In this document: positions 9,440-19,877 of the stretch, in pieces
Numbering within the stretch: the stretch's first letter is position 1
Layout of the letters: every line of letters begins with the position of its first letter
Assembly (NCBI GenBank): GCA_965200245.1
Contig: CBDATS010000015.1
Span: 1 to 64,000, forward strand
DNA length: 64,000 nt
Source of the DNA: a bacterium
GTDB taxonomy: Bacteria; UBA8248
Direction of reading: 5' to 3'
Notes under the pieces: model-generated
What the model was told of the DNA's origin: nothing
Databases searched by the model: none
What the model saw: the letters and a program-made list of their open reading frames with translations, nothing else
Program-made: the position numbers and the translations under genes

Positions 9440-10548
9440 GTGCGCCCGAAGTCATCGTCGTCGGAGGAGGCCCGGGAGGCAGCACGGCCGCCTGGGAACT
9501 CGCGAAACACGGCCGTCGCGTCCTCGTGCTCGATGCGGCGACCTTCCCGCGGGTCAAACTTTGCGCGGGCTGGGTCACCAAACAGGTAATGGCCGACCTG
9601 AAACTCAATCCGGCCGAATACCCTCACACCATCCAGCCGTTTCAGAGCGTGTTTGTGGGCTATGACGACAAGCTGCTGGAGACGAGGTGGAACGAACCCG
9701 CGAGCTACGGAATCATCAGGAGCCAGTTCGACACGTATCTCCTGAGGCGCGCGCAGGAAGGGGGCGTAGAGGTGCGCGAGGGTGTCCGGGTGCGTGGAGT
9801 GGAGAAGACGGCAAATGGGATGCGCGTGGACTTGGGCGACACGCAAATTGAAGCTCCACTCGTCATCGGCGCAGGCGGACACACCTGTCCGGTTGCCAGG
9901 GCGTTCGGCGACGTCTCGTCGAAAGAATCCGTTGTCCTCACGCAGGAGAGCGAGACGAATGTTGGCGCGGAAAAACTGCGTGCCCTCGCGCCGAACTACG
10001 GCTTGCCGGAGTTGTTCGCGGAGCCTGATTTCAGGGGTTATGCGTGGTACTTCACGAAAGGGGATTTTCTGAACATCGGCGTGGGCTGCGTCGGCAAGAA
10101 ACCGAGCGTTCATGAACGCCTGGAGATATTGCTCGAAAAATTCCGCGAGACGGGCAGGCTGCCCGCCGGAACGGAACTCACGAAATTCCGAGGCCATGCC
10201 TATTCCGTGCATCGTACCCATGTGCGGCGGCCCGTGGGGGATGGCTTCGCACTTATCGGTGACGCCGCGGGTCTGGCGAAAGATTTCAGCGGAGAGGGCA
10301 TCGGTCCCGCTGTCCACAGTGCCAGGATGGCGGCGGAGGCGGCGCACAGGTATCTGGATTCGGGTGAGGGCATCGCCGAATACGGTGAGGCACTCTATGC
10401 GAAATACGGAAGCGGCGGGGAAGGGATGCTTGACAGGTTGATCGATCGTCTTCCCGATAAGATACTTTTCGGCGTAGCGAAGTTCATTTGCGGCAACGCC
10501 TGGCTCAGACGCCGGCTGGTTCTGGAAGGCGCATTCGGAATCGGTTGA
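9436..10548 (+). CDS. Geranylgeranyl reductase-family FAD oxidoreductase
   Basis: VIVVGGGPGGS, FPRVKLCAGW, RSQFD, GYAWYFTKG, LIGDAAG, GEGIGPA; ATG 9436 overlaps upstream stop. Confidence 0.9.
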   Translation: MSAPEVIVVGGGPGGSTAAWELAKHGRRVLVLDAATFPRVKLCAGWVTKQVMADLKLNPAEYPHTIQPFQSVFVGYDDKLLETRWNEPASYGIIRSQFDTYLLRRAQEGGVEVREGVRVRGVEKTANGMRVDLGDTQIEAPLVIGAGGHTCPVARAFGDVSSKESVVLTQESETNVGAEKLRALAPNYGLPELFAEPDFRGYAWYFTKGDFLNIGVGCVGKKPSVHERLEILLEKFRETGRLPAGTELTKFRGHAYSVHRTHVRRPVGDGFALIGDAAGLAKDFSGEGIGPAVHSARMAAEAAHRYLDSGEGIAEYGEALYAKYGSGGEGMLDRLIDRLPDKILFGVAKFICGNAWLRRRLVLEGAFGIG

Positions 10549-10567
10549 ACAACCAACTGAGGAGGCT

Positions 10568-11485
10568 ATGGTCAAAGAGAGAACAAAGGAATTCGACGCC
10601 GAAGCGATATCGCACCACTATGATGTTTCCAACGAATTCTACGAGCAGTTCCTGTGCGAGAACATGCTCTATACCTGCGCCTATTACCGTGAGCCAGACG
10701 GCGATCTCGCCCAGGCGCAGCGCGACAAGATGGATCTTGTTTGCAGAAAGCTCCGGCTTTCCCCTGGTGAAGATTACCTCGACATAGGGTGCGGTTGGGG
10801 TTCGCTGGCGATATGGGCGGCGAAGCACTACGGCGTGAACGCAACGGCCGTTACCCTCTCGCGCGAGCAGGCGAAATGGGGCCAGGAGTGGGCGCGCCGT
10901 GAGGGCATCGGGGAAAGGTGCGAGATTCATCACATGGACTACCGGGATTTTCCCGAAATGAGGACGTTCGACAAGATCTCCGCCATTGGTATCATCGAAC
11001 ACGTCGGTATCGCGAACTACATGAGCTATTTCACTTCTGTACGGAATCGCCTCCGCTCCGGGGGGTTGTTCCTGAACCACGGGATCACGGCCAACAAGTT
11101 CTGGAAGCACACGAGCCAGTACGATTTCCTCTTGCGCAATGTCTTTCCCAACGGCGAACTCGACAATATCTCCCACATCCAGGACGTGATGGAGCGCGCG
11201 CGCTGGGAGATACTCGACGTGGAGAACCTGAGGCTCCACTACGCGCGCACGTGCAAGCACTGGTACGATAGATTCGAGGAAAACGCCGAGCGGATACGGG
11301 AACTCGTCGGTGAGCGCACCTACCGGATTTACCGCCTCTGGCTGGTTTGCTCATCAAACGCGTTTTTCTGTAATTCGCTGGGTCTCTACCAGGTGCTGGC
11401 GCGAAAATACGAAAAAGAATATCGATTTGACCCGCCGACGTACCGTGAGGATATCTATAAAGCGTTCTTCGATCAGGACGCCTGA
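10568..11485 (+). CDS. Cyclopropane-fatty-acyl-phospholipid synthase-family SAM methyltransferase (catalytic domain only)
   Basis: HHYDVSNEFY, YTCAYY, LDIGCGWG, TLSREQ, IEHVG, HYART; GGAGG RBS. Confidence 0.93.
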   Translation: MVKERTKEFDAEAISHHYDVSNEFYEQFLCENMLYTCAYYREPDGDLAQAQRDKMDLVCRKLRLSPGEDYLDIGCGWGSLAIWAAKHYGVNATAVTLSREQAKWGQEWARREGIGERCEIHHMDYRDFPEMRTFDKISAIGIIEHVGIANYMSYFTSVRNRLRSGGLFLNHGITANKFWKHTSQYDFLLRNVFPNGELDNISHIQDVMERARWEILDVENLRLHYARTCKHWYDRFEENAERIRELVGERTYRIYRLWLVCSSNAFFCNSLGLYQVLARKYEKEYRFDPPTYREDIYKAFFDQDA

Positions 11486-11509
11486 GCAGCGTCTCTGTAC
11501 ACGACCTGC

Positions 11510-12496
11510 ATGAACGCTTCAAAGCTCACCCCACCATTCCGCCCGGCTTGGTACTGCCGGGGGCGTCACACCCAGAGCGTATGGGGATATTTTTTGCGAA
11601 AAAGCCCGCACATCGACTGGCGGCGCGAACGCTGGGACACGCCCGACGGTGATTTTCTGGATGTGGACTTTCTCGATCCCTCCGTCGTCAATGCTCCCAC
11701 GCTGCTCATCCTTCACGGGCTGGAGGGTTCTTCGAATTCCCATTACGCACGGGGCGCGGCGGCCAGCGCACGCGCCCTCGGCTGGCGGACGCTGGCACTG
11801 AACTACCGTTCGTGCAGCGGCGAGCCGAACCGGAATCCCAGGTTCTACCATTGCGGGGAGACAGGGGATCTGGGTTTTGTTGTCGAACGTACTCTGGAGA
11901 GGTTCGATGCGCCGCTCGTGCTAGCGGGTTTTTCCCTTGGCGGGAATGTGCTGCTCAAGTGGCTCGGGGAATGCGGCGATGGGATTTTCCCTTGCATACG
12001 CGGTGCCGTCTGCATCTCCGCGAGCCTGAAACCCGCCGCGTGCGCGAAGGCGCTCGATTCATCTAGTGGCTTTATCTACAGGCGACATCTGTTGGGCAGC
12101 GTGAAGCAAAAGGCCGAGCGTTTTGCACGGCTTCACCCCGGTCTGATCGACATCGCCGAAGTTCGTCGCGCGCGGAAGTTTCACCGTTTCGACCGCCTCG
12201 TCATCGCGCCGCTGTATGGTTTCCGGGACGAACTGGATTATTACGAAAAGGCGGACGCTACGCCTTATTTGCGCCATATTCGCGTAAAAACGCTCCTGCT
12301 CGCCGCAGCGGACGACCCCATCGTTCCCCCACACGTATTTCCTCATCGAGAAGTGGGAGAATCGAAGTGGCTGAGCGGCGTTTTGTCCGAGAGGGGAGGG
12401 CACGTGGGTTTCGTGACGGGTAGCAACCCCTGCTCGCCGAACTACTGGGCCGAGGAGCGCGCGCTCACATTTCTGGAAAATCGCCTGAATATCTGA
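11510..12496 (+). CDS. YheT-like alpha/beta-fold hydrolase
   Basis: TPDGDFLDVD, LHGLEGSS, GFSLGGN nucleophile elbow, DDPIV, GGHVGF. Confidence 0.92.
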   Translation: MNASKLTPPFRPAWYCRGRHTQSVWGYFLRKSPHIDWRRERWDTPDGDFLDVDFLDPSVVNAPTLLILHGLEGSSNSHYARGAAASARALGWRTLALNYRSCSGEPNRNPRFYHCGETGDLGFVVERTLERFDAPLVLAGFSLGGNVLLKWLGECGDGIFPCIRGAVCISASLKPAACAKALDSSSGFIYRRHLLGSVKQKAERFARLHPGLIDIAEVRRARKFHRFDRLVIAPLYGFRDELDYYEKADATPYLRHIRVKTLLLAAADDPIVPPHVFPHREVGESKWLSGVLSERGGHVGFVTGSNPCSPNYWAEERALTFLENRLNI

Positions 12497-12504
12497 AGCG
12501 GAAA

Positions 12505-13599
12505 TCAGGCGTATCTGTCGTATTCTCTGGTGTTGATCCTTTCGTGACGAGCCAGTGCGCAACGGATCAGCCGATCGAGCATTTCGGAGTAGGAGACTCC
12601 CGCCGCCTGAATCATGCGCGGATATCCACTCAACTGCGTGAAGCCGGGTAGGGTGTTCACCTCGTTGATGTAGGTTTCGCCCGTCCTTTCGCGATAGAAA
12701 AAATCCACACGGGCGAGTCCCGAACACCCGAGGGCGCGGAACGCGCCCCGCGCGCAAGAGCGGGCGTGCTCGGCGAGAGATTTCTCCACGGGTGCGGGAA
12801 TTATCAGTTCCGCGCGCCCTTCTTCATATTTTGCCTCGTAGTCGTACCACCCCGAACGCACAACAATTTCCATGAGCGGGCTGGCCAGTATATCGTCCGT
12901 TGCCGGGCCTTCGAGCACGGAGCACTCGAGTTCGCGCCCCTGTGCATGTTCTTCGAGCAGTATTTTGCTGTCGAAGCGGAAAGCGTCCTCTACGGCGTCT
13001 TGCAGATCAATTGGCTTCTCTGCCAGGTGGACGCCAACGCTGCTGCCCGATGAAGAGGGCTTGACGAACAGGGGATATCCGATTTTGGAGGCCGCCTCTC
13101 TGGAGATCGCCCCTTGATTCGTTTTCCATGTTTCGGGGTATAGCGTGAGCGCGGGCAGAACAGGCAGTCCCGCCGCGCGCAGTACCGCCTTGGCCACGGC
13201 CTTGTCCATCGTTACGGCCGAAGACGTGCACCCGGAACCCACGAATGGAACCTCTGCCAACTCGAAAAGTCCCTGCAGTGTGCCGTCTTCCCCGAACGTG
13301 CCGTGGATGATGGGGAAGAATACGTCGACCGCGAGAGTTTCATTCCTGTCGGCGTAGCGTAGCGGAGCGCCGTTCGGTGTGCCGGAGAAGATCACCTCCT
13401 TGCCAGCATCAGGCGATGCATTAGGATGGGGCAGGGCGATCCATGCGCCCGACTTCGAGATAAGTATGGGGTGCACTTCGTATTTATCGGCTTCGAGCTC
13501 TGCCATGATAGCCCGGCCGGAGTTGCAACTCACTTCGTGCTCGGTTGATCTGCCGCCGAACACGACACCGACGCTGGTTTTTCCGGATGCAGACGCCAT
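12505..13599 (-). CDS. ddl: D-alanine--D-alanine ligase
   Basis: GGRSTEHEVS, HGTFGEDGTLQG, VKPSSSGSSVG, YDYEAKY, NEVNTLPG; start moved to ATG 13599. Confidence 0.96.
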   Translation of the reverse strand: MASASGKTSVGVVFGGRSTEHEVSCNSGRAIMAELEADKYEVHPILISKSGAWIALPHPNASPDAGKEVIFSGTPNGAPLRYADRNETLAVDVFFPIIHGTFGEDGTLQGLFELAEVPFVGSGCTSSAVTMDKAVAKAVLRAAGLPVLPALTLYPETWKTNQGAISREAASKIGYPLFVKPSSSGSSVGVHLAEKPIDLQDAVEDAFRFDSKILLEEHAQGRELECSVLEGPATDDILASPLMEIVVRSGWYDYEAKYEEGRAELIIPAPVEKSLAEHARSCARGAFRALGCSGLARVDFFYRERTGETYINEVNTLPGFTQLSGYPRMIQAAGVSYSEMLDRLIRCALARHERINTREYDRYA

Positions 13600-13655
13600 T
13601 TGCGGCGAATCCTTCCTCTGGGCGTGTGGACGAAAATTTTCAGGTGGGCGAATAT

Positions 13656-14222
13656 CTAGCGTATCAGTTTCGAGAGGAATTTGAAATCCTCGGTACCTGC
13701 CACGCGGAGCAAATCGAAGAGTGCCTGCTCGGTCGTGGCGGGAATGGCACCCGCACGTTCCAGAGCTGCAAGGCCTGTCCGCCAGTTCAGCTTCGAGCGT
13801 GAACAGGTGGCGTCGGCTACGACGTGGACGATGTAGCCGTTGGCCAATAGGTCGAGAGCCGTCTGGTAACAGCACACGTGCGTTTCTGCCCCTGTGAGCA
13901 GTATCTTCGTCATGCCCGTTTCGTGCAGGCGGGGGGGGAATGTCTCCTCGGCGCAGCAACTGAAAGCGATTTTCTCGATGGGTGAGAAACCCGGCGTCTT
14001 CTCCGCCACCGCTGCGACGGTGGGCCCGAGTCCTTTGGGGTATTGCTCGGTGACGAGCACCGGGAAACCGAGGCGTTTCGCCGCTTCCGCCAGCGTGAGG
14101 ATGCGGTCTATGACCTGCGTTCGCACGTCATCCCTCATCGCGGACATGAGTCGTTCCTGCGCGTCGACGATGAGCAGGAGGCAGTCTTCGGGCGTGAGTC
14201 GAAACGAATCGATGTCCGGCAT
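13656..14222 (-). CDS. Isochorismatase-family cysteine hydrolase (YcaC-like)
   Basis: LLIVDAQERL, TEQYPKGLGPT, KIAFSC, GAETHVCCYQT. Confidence 0.92.
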   Translation of the reverse strand: MPDIDSFRLTPEDCLLLIVDAQERLMSAMRDDVRTQVIDRILTLAEAAKRLGFPVLVTEQYPKGLGPTVAAVAEKTPGFSPIEKIAFSCCAEETFPPRLHETGMTKILLTGAETHVCCYQTALDLLANGYIVHVVADATCSRSKLNWRTGLAALERAGAIPATTEQALFDLLRVAGTEDFKFLSKLIR

Positions 14223-14383
14223 GCGCTCTCCACTTTGGAGGTTGAACGGGCAACCAGGAAAAAGGCTATTACAGCGTCTTTCGGGGGTCAAGGAACGGTC
14301 CGATGCCTTGATCCGTGTATGTGCGTAGGATAGCATCGCGCAATATTTCAGGCCATCATGGAAACCAACAAAAGGGGAACAAC

Positions 14384-15373
14384 ATGCCGGATAAGGCGAA
14401 AGTCGTCCTGACCGATTACGTCTGGGATTCCCTGGACGTCGAAAACGAGATTCTGGGCGAACTGGTCGATATCGTTGCCATGCAGACGAAAACGCCCGCG
14501 GAATTCCTGGCGGAAGCCGCCGACTGCGACGCGGTTTTGAACACCTACGCCGGTCCCATCACGAAAGAGGACATGGCGGAGATGCCGAATTGCAAGATCA
14601 TTGCACGCTACGGCATCGGTGTGGACACGATTGACCTGGACGCTGCCACCGAGGCGGGCATCATCGTCACCAACAACCCCACCTACTGTATCGAAGAGGT
14701 GGCCGAGCACACGATGGCACTCCTGCTGGCATCGGCACGCAAGGTGGCTTTTTATGATCGCCAAGTGCGCGCGGGCGAATGGGCCGTTCCGCCGGGCAAG
14801 CCGATGTTTCGCCTGGTGGGCGCCACGCTGGGCCTCGTGGGCTTCGGGAACATCGCCCGCATGGTGGCTGCCCGTGCCGCTGCGTTCGGGATGCGGGTGC
14901 TGTTCAACGACCCCTTCGTGGAGCAGGGCCAGTTCGATGTCCCCGGCGAGAAGATGGAATTGGCCGATATGTACGCGCAGTCTGATTTTGTCTCTATCCA
15001 CCCGCCGCTCATCCCCCAGACGCGCGGTATGGTGGACGACGAGGCGTTTGCGCAGATGAAAAGCACCGCTGTTATTATCAACTGTTCGCGCGGTCCCATC
15101 ATTGACACCGACGCCCTCGTGCGCGCGCTCGATGCGGGAGAAATCGCAGGCTGCGCACTGGATACGACCGACCCAGAACCCCTGCCCGATCCTCACCCCC
15201 TGAGGGGTCGTGAGAACGTCATCATCAATCCCCACGCGGCATGGTACAGCGAGGAGTCCATGGTGGGGCTCCAGCAGGGCGCGCCCAACGAGGTGCGCCG
15301 CGTACTCTCGGGCGAGTGGCCCGTGAACGTAGTGAACAGAGCAGTCAGGAACGACAACCGCGCAGGATTGTAG
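14384..15373 (+). CDS. D-2-hydroxyacid dehydrogenase, CtBP-like
   Basis: RYGIGVDTID, YCIEEVAEH, GLVGFGNIA, NCSRG, DTTDPEP, PHAAWYS. Confidence 0.93.
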   Translation: MPDKAKVVLTDYVWDSLDVENEILGELVDIVAMQTKTPAEFLAEAADCDAVLNTYAGPITKEDMAEMPNCKIIARYGIGVDTIDLDAATEAGIIVTNNPTYCIEEVAEHTMALLLASARKVAFYDRQVRAGEWAVPPGKPMFRLVGATLGLVGFGNIARMVAARAAAFGMRVLFNDPFVEQGQFDVPGEKMELADMYAQSDFVSIHPPLIPQTRGMVDDEAFAQMKSTAVIINCSRGPIIDTDALVRALDAGEIAGCALDTTDPEPLPDPHPLRGRENVIINPHAAWYSEESMVGLQQGAPNEVRRVLSGEWPVNVVNRAVRNDNRAGL

Positions 15374-16118
15374 GTAGGAGTGATTTTCGAGAGCGTCTCG
15401 TTTCGATTAGTGCAGATTCTTGCGAGGGTGGTTCATGAGCTGCCCCTGCAATTCCTGATAATTTTCACACCTATACGAAGTCAAAACGGTGGACAAGAGA
15501 ACCCTGTAAGGTCAGGTCACGTCCTTTCCCTGCGAGTTTTAGTTGGCCCCATTGAGAGCAGAGTTGCCGGAATGGTGGCGCGCAGGATTGCGCCACACCA
15601 TGGTGGCTACCATTCTGGTAGCTTGGTTCCTGGCACCAGTCAGGATTTCTACTGTTGCTAACAGTCATGAACGACGAAAAAAGCGGGAGTTTTGCGGTCA
15701 CTCCTAGGCTGGAAAGAACAGGAATCTTTACTGAAGGAATGACAAAACAGATAGCGAAGACGCTCCATAAGAGCATAAGGGGTAACACCCGAAAGGTGGA
15801 AAAATTTGAAAAAGAGGCTGGTGAGCGGGGTATTGCGCCGAACAGGCTCCTTAATGGAGTCCTTGGAACACTGATGAGTGGCCGCGGATCGAGGCTGGAA
15901 TTCGTCTCCTACGATCCACCATGTGCGCCGCACAGGCCATCGCGCACGATATGGAAAGGGAAGGGGGGAGGAAATCCTCGAAATCAGCAGGAATATCTCC
16001 AAAGTCGCGCCGGATTAGCCAAGCAGGCCGGAGAAGTATCTGCGAAATCAGATAGATTCAGGAGGTGATAAATCGTGAGTCGACCCTCCACGGTACTGCT
16101 GGTTCGGTCAGGTAAAAG

Positions 16119-16792
16119 TCAACGATAGGGGCATATATGCATGCCGACGCCGACGGATAGCGGACGTGCTTTCTTGCCTCTAGGGGTATTGGCATTCATT
16201 ATCGGGATTGATTTCTGCCCTGTCCCGGATGTTAGGGTTAAATGTTCCAACAAATCGGTCCGTCGCGGCGTGTTGATAGAGTGTGTCGTTTCTTGCCATT
16301 GAAAATAACTCCAGAAGCATGATTCGCGTAAATTTTTGCATTCTAGAAAGGTCACGAGGCTAATGTTGTTAGTGTCGGCAAAATCAATTTTATAGGCATT
16401 ATAAAAAATTCTATGACGCACATCAGGAAACAGGGCTGGGTTTACGCGTGAGTCCATAGTGTAACTTCGAATCATGTCGATCATAGATCGCATCGCTGGT
16501 GAAATCGATCCTGATTGGTGCTTCAGTCCCTCAAGTTGCTCTGCAGAGATACTCTGATTTCGATAAAGAGTTGAAATATCCTTCTTGGCACGAAGATTAG
16601 GTAGGTCGCTTATATGATCGTCATCGTAATTTGTCACAAAAAAGCGGTCAATGCACCATACCCTCTGTTGAGAGAGGAATTCTGATAGGCGGTTTTGGTC
16701 GTCGCTACCACAATCCCAAAGCATGACATTGCGTTGTTGTGGATAAGTGACACGCAAAGCCCATGGCCGACATCGTGAACAGTCACCCTCAT
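16119..16792 (-). pseudogene. ComEC/Rec2-like metallo-beta-lactamase-fold hydrolase, frameshifted and truncated
   Basis: ATG 16792 gives MRVTVHDVGHGLCVSLIH, then a frameshift to VMLWDCG...TNYDDDHISDL...NNISLVTFLE; C-terminal part lost. Confidence 0.7.
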
Positions 16793-17292
16793 TGTTCTGA
16801 CTCCCTTTGGTTTTGTTTTTCGGGCGATTTTGGTGACACTCGTTCACTCTCTTCAGAAGTGCGTGGGGGGCGAATCCCCCACGCAGTTCGAGCAATGTCT
16901 TCAATTTTTACTAAAAACCTGTCTACGTTTAAGCCAACCACAAAAGATAAGGCCAGAAAACCATATTGGTTTGAAGAGGTAGTGTGTTGGGCGTCGAGAA
17001 CCAAAAGACCGGCATTGAGAAATATAAATGCCACCAAACCAACAATTGAACTGACGACAGGACGGATGATGTACCACGCTGTCCAATTCGGATCCCATGA
17101 CTTCTTGACGGATCGATGGAGATATATTGCTCTCAAGCAATAAACGACTCCGCCGAGGGCACCCATGAGTGTACATTGATAAGCGAGGGAAAACGGCTCA
17201 AGCCATGATGGCAAGCATCCCCTTACACTAACGCTCCAAAGCCAACCGATTAGCGGGAGCCAAGCTATCAGATATAGGACCAGTCTCGTCAT
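16789..17292 (-). CDS. Hypothetical 3-4 TM membrane protein
   Basis: Hydrophobic segments with GALGG and YIIRP motifs; GGAGG-free but coupled by ATGA overlap to the downstream MBL gene. Confidence 0.75.
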   Translation of the reverse strand: MTRLVLYLIAWLPLIGWLWSVSVRGCLPSWLEPFSLAYQCTLMGALGGVVYCLRAIYLHRSVKKSWDPNWTAWYIIRPVVSSIVGLVAFIFLNAGLLVLDAQHTTSSNQYGFLALSFVVGLNVDRFLVKIEDIARTAWGIRPPRTSEESERVSPKSPEKQNQRESEQ

Positions 17293-17311
17293 GGAGTTTT
17301 CCCGGATGTCT

Positions 17312-18059
17312 CTATAGATCGCCTTCGCTCTCGTCGATAAAACGGTCGATCAGACCTTGGTCGCCGACGCGGGGCGCGCCAAACGTATAACAGGCTGCGA
17401 GCCGTTGTGAGCTTTGAAACCATGTAGCGACCACTGCAAGTGCTCCGCCTAAGGAGTGTCCAGTAATGTAAAGTGGGATATCCTCATGGCTTTTAAGGCG
17501 ATTGCAAATGTCCTCGTGTACCGACATGTAGGCGTCATGAAAACCCTTGTGCATGTTACCGATGATGGTACCGGTTCTAGTATCTTTAATCGGTACAGGA
17601 CTGACGTCCAGATTGGTCATCCAATCCTTGATCTGCTTGATGCCACGGAAGCAGATGACCGCCATGCCAGTCCCCTTGTCGTCACGGCGGTAAGCGACAA
17701 AGCCTTGGGTATCAGTCTCGGGTTTATGCAAGACATTGCCCGCAAGTTCGAAGCCACCGACTTTAAGTGCCGCTTTTAGCTTTTCATTCTTGTCTGCCTC
17801 AGTGCCGGGTGCCGGATTGATCTCAGCTAAAATATTCTGAAATGCCGTCAGCCGCTCGGCGATCTCGTCCTGCTTTGTTAGCTTCGCGAGTTCCGCAGCA
17901 AGGGACAGGATCGCCTGCTCTGATTCCTCGTCAAATGGGGTGTGAACAAGTTCGGCAAGTATCGCCATGAGCCAAGCTGTCCGATCACTGTAGGCGGTGC
18001 TTAACTGGCACACTCATTTCTGTGATGTCTTTGAAGTCGTTTTGGATATCAACAGTCAT
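17312..18059 (-). pseudogene. Class 3 lipase (Lipase_3), 5' frameshift and truncated C-terminus
   Basis: AYSDRTAWLMA, ICFRG, HKGF, ITGHSLGGALA, YTFGAPRVGD; ATG 18059 is out of frame with the main ORF, which ends before the catalytic Asp/His. Confidence 0.8.
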
Positions 18060-18205
18060 CTCTTGCCCTTTTATCTTTCATGAACACCCATAAAAGCTGA
18101 AATCAGAAAGTTCATTAACCTTGTGAAACTGGTAGTATCGCCGTGACAAGGTCACATGATCATCCATGGAAAGACGAGTTCCGGAAAATACGGTAGGGCG
18201 GCTCA

Positions 18206-19339
18206 ATGAAATTGACGAGCGGTCTTCTTAGGGTACTGGCGGATGTCGAGCGCCATGGGGCGCTCATCCGCGGAACGCAAGGGCCTCTGGAGGAATTACG
18301 TCGCGCATTTGTCGTTGACCCAGCTTTCGAATTGTACGAGCAGTGCTCTAGGATACAGGACATGATGGACGCGTTCAATGCGCGGCTTATCCTACCAGAA
18401 GTACCCTATGCGGTAAAGCTCATGGAGAAGTACCGTCAGAGTTTAGCGGCCGAGAAGAACATGAGACTTGCGGGGTGGGCCAAGGAAATCCATTTGGCCA
18501 TGGAAGCCATGCGCACACCATGGTTAGACACACAAGAAACCTTGCGGTCGGTTAAGAGCTTCGTGGAGATACAAGGAATAGGTGGCATGCTTGAGCGCAT
18601 GCCGAGTTTCAAAGATACGGTCAGCGCGACGCTCCGAGAGGCCCTCGGTGACTGGCGCGACAAGATCACATGGTCGGAGCCAGTGCTAACGGACCTTAGT
18701 GTCCGTGGGGCTTTTTACGTTGACTTGGGTTTTGACCCGTCTCTCACCGACTTCCCGGCGCCTGCTTTCCAAGAATGCACGAAGATTGCTGGTTTACGTC
18801 GCGATCCGCCGCCCTTGGTAAGTGCCTATGGCGAACCGGTCCCTCGTGCTCAAGATGATGAAGAAGAGGCGCTGATTAGGACAAACGCTGCCCATGATTG
18901 GCTCCTGCGCTTTGAGACAAGCCTACGACGCTTCATCGACGCCCGGATGACCGCCGTTTTCGGACCGCACTGGCCCAAGCATCAACTGCCAAACGGTGTC
19001 TATGAGCAATGGATGACAAAACGAGAGGCCGCAGTGAAGGCGGGTAGAGAGTCAAAGCCGTTGGTTGCCTACGCGGACTTTAGCGACTATGAGAGGCTGA
19101 TCTGCAAGAGGGACAATTGGCGTCAGGTGTTCAGCAGCTATTTTGGGCGTCGAGAAAGTGTCCGTGAAAGCTTCCAGCGCCTCCACCCCATCCGTCTGGA
19201 CACCATGCATGCCCGCCCGATCGGACAAGACGACGAATTGCTGCTATATGTGGAGATCCAACGCTTCGCCCGCATTATTTCAGCCAGTACTTTAAGTCCG
19301 CTAGGACAGTGCCGCGAGAGTCTCAGTACCCGCGATTGA
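18206..19339 (+). CDS. Swt1-like HEPN domain protein (putative RNase)
   Basis: C-terminal FETSLRRFI...YADFSDY...DNWRQVF...RLDTMH (Rx4H HEPN motif). Confidence 0.75.
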   Translation: MKLTSGLLRVLADVERHGALIRGTQGPLEELRRAFVVDPAFELYEQCSRIQDMMDAFNARLILPEVPYAVKLMEKYRQSLAAEKNMRLAGWAKEIHLAMEAMRTPWLDTQETLRSVKSFVEIQGIGGMLERMPSFKDTVSATLREALGDWRDKITWSEPVLTDLSVRGAFYVDLGFDPSLTDFPAPAFQECTKIAGLRRDPPPLVSAYGEPVPRAQDDEEEALIRTNAAHDWLLRFETSLRRFIDARMTAVFGPHWPKHQLPNGVYEQWMTKREAAVKAGRESKPLVAYADFSDYERLICKRDNWRQVFSSYFGRRESVRESFQRLHPIRLDTMHARPIGQDDELLLYVEIQRFARIISASTLSPLGQCRESLSTRD

Positions 19340-19877
19340 GTGTAGGATGCAGGGGAGACATGAATATCATTTTCCACGATTTCCCGCACCCGGGTATCGG
19401 TCTGTCGGTTGTGCCTGACCCTCAGACGCGCTTGAAGGTTCTGGGCAACGAAGAGAACTTGGAACGCGCATATTTCATCGACAGTTACGACGAACTTCCT
19501 TACTTGTGAATCAACAGCATCCGGCCTCTCGGGTGAACAGTGAATCGTCGTTCGCCCCGTAATCGGATCGATAGATGATGTAGCTTTTCCCTAAGATCAA
19601 GTCATCAATTGGGGAATAATTAAGCAAAAAGCTGATGAAAATCCATGGTAAATCAATGAGTTCAATAAATTGAACGGGCAGCATTGAGGTCACCTATCTG
19701 CGATAAGTCAGGAAGACTAATTTGTTTTGGCAACTGTCCCTTTTTGAGAATTCAGGTGTAAGGGTGTGTATGGATTGCATCAATCAGAGGGAGACACGGT
19801 TCCACCGGCTATCCGGCGGTCGACCCCCCGACCGACCCGCGGGCGCCCCGCAGCAGCAGGAATCCGGCGATCAGCGT

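Noticed and set aside
13600-13959. 120-aa N-terminal extension of Ddl in the ORF track
   Set aside because: It overlaps the isochorismatase gene in another frame; Ddl similarity starts at ATG 13599.
15380-16100. ORFs at the left edge of the AT-richer island
   Set aside because: Fragmentary, with no family motif; probably remnants that cannot be named.
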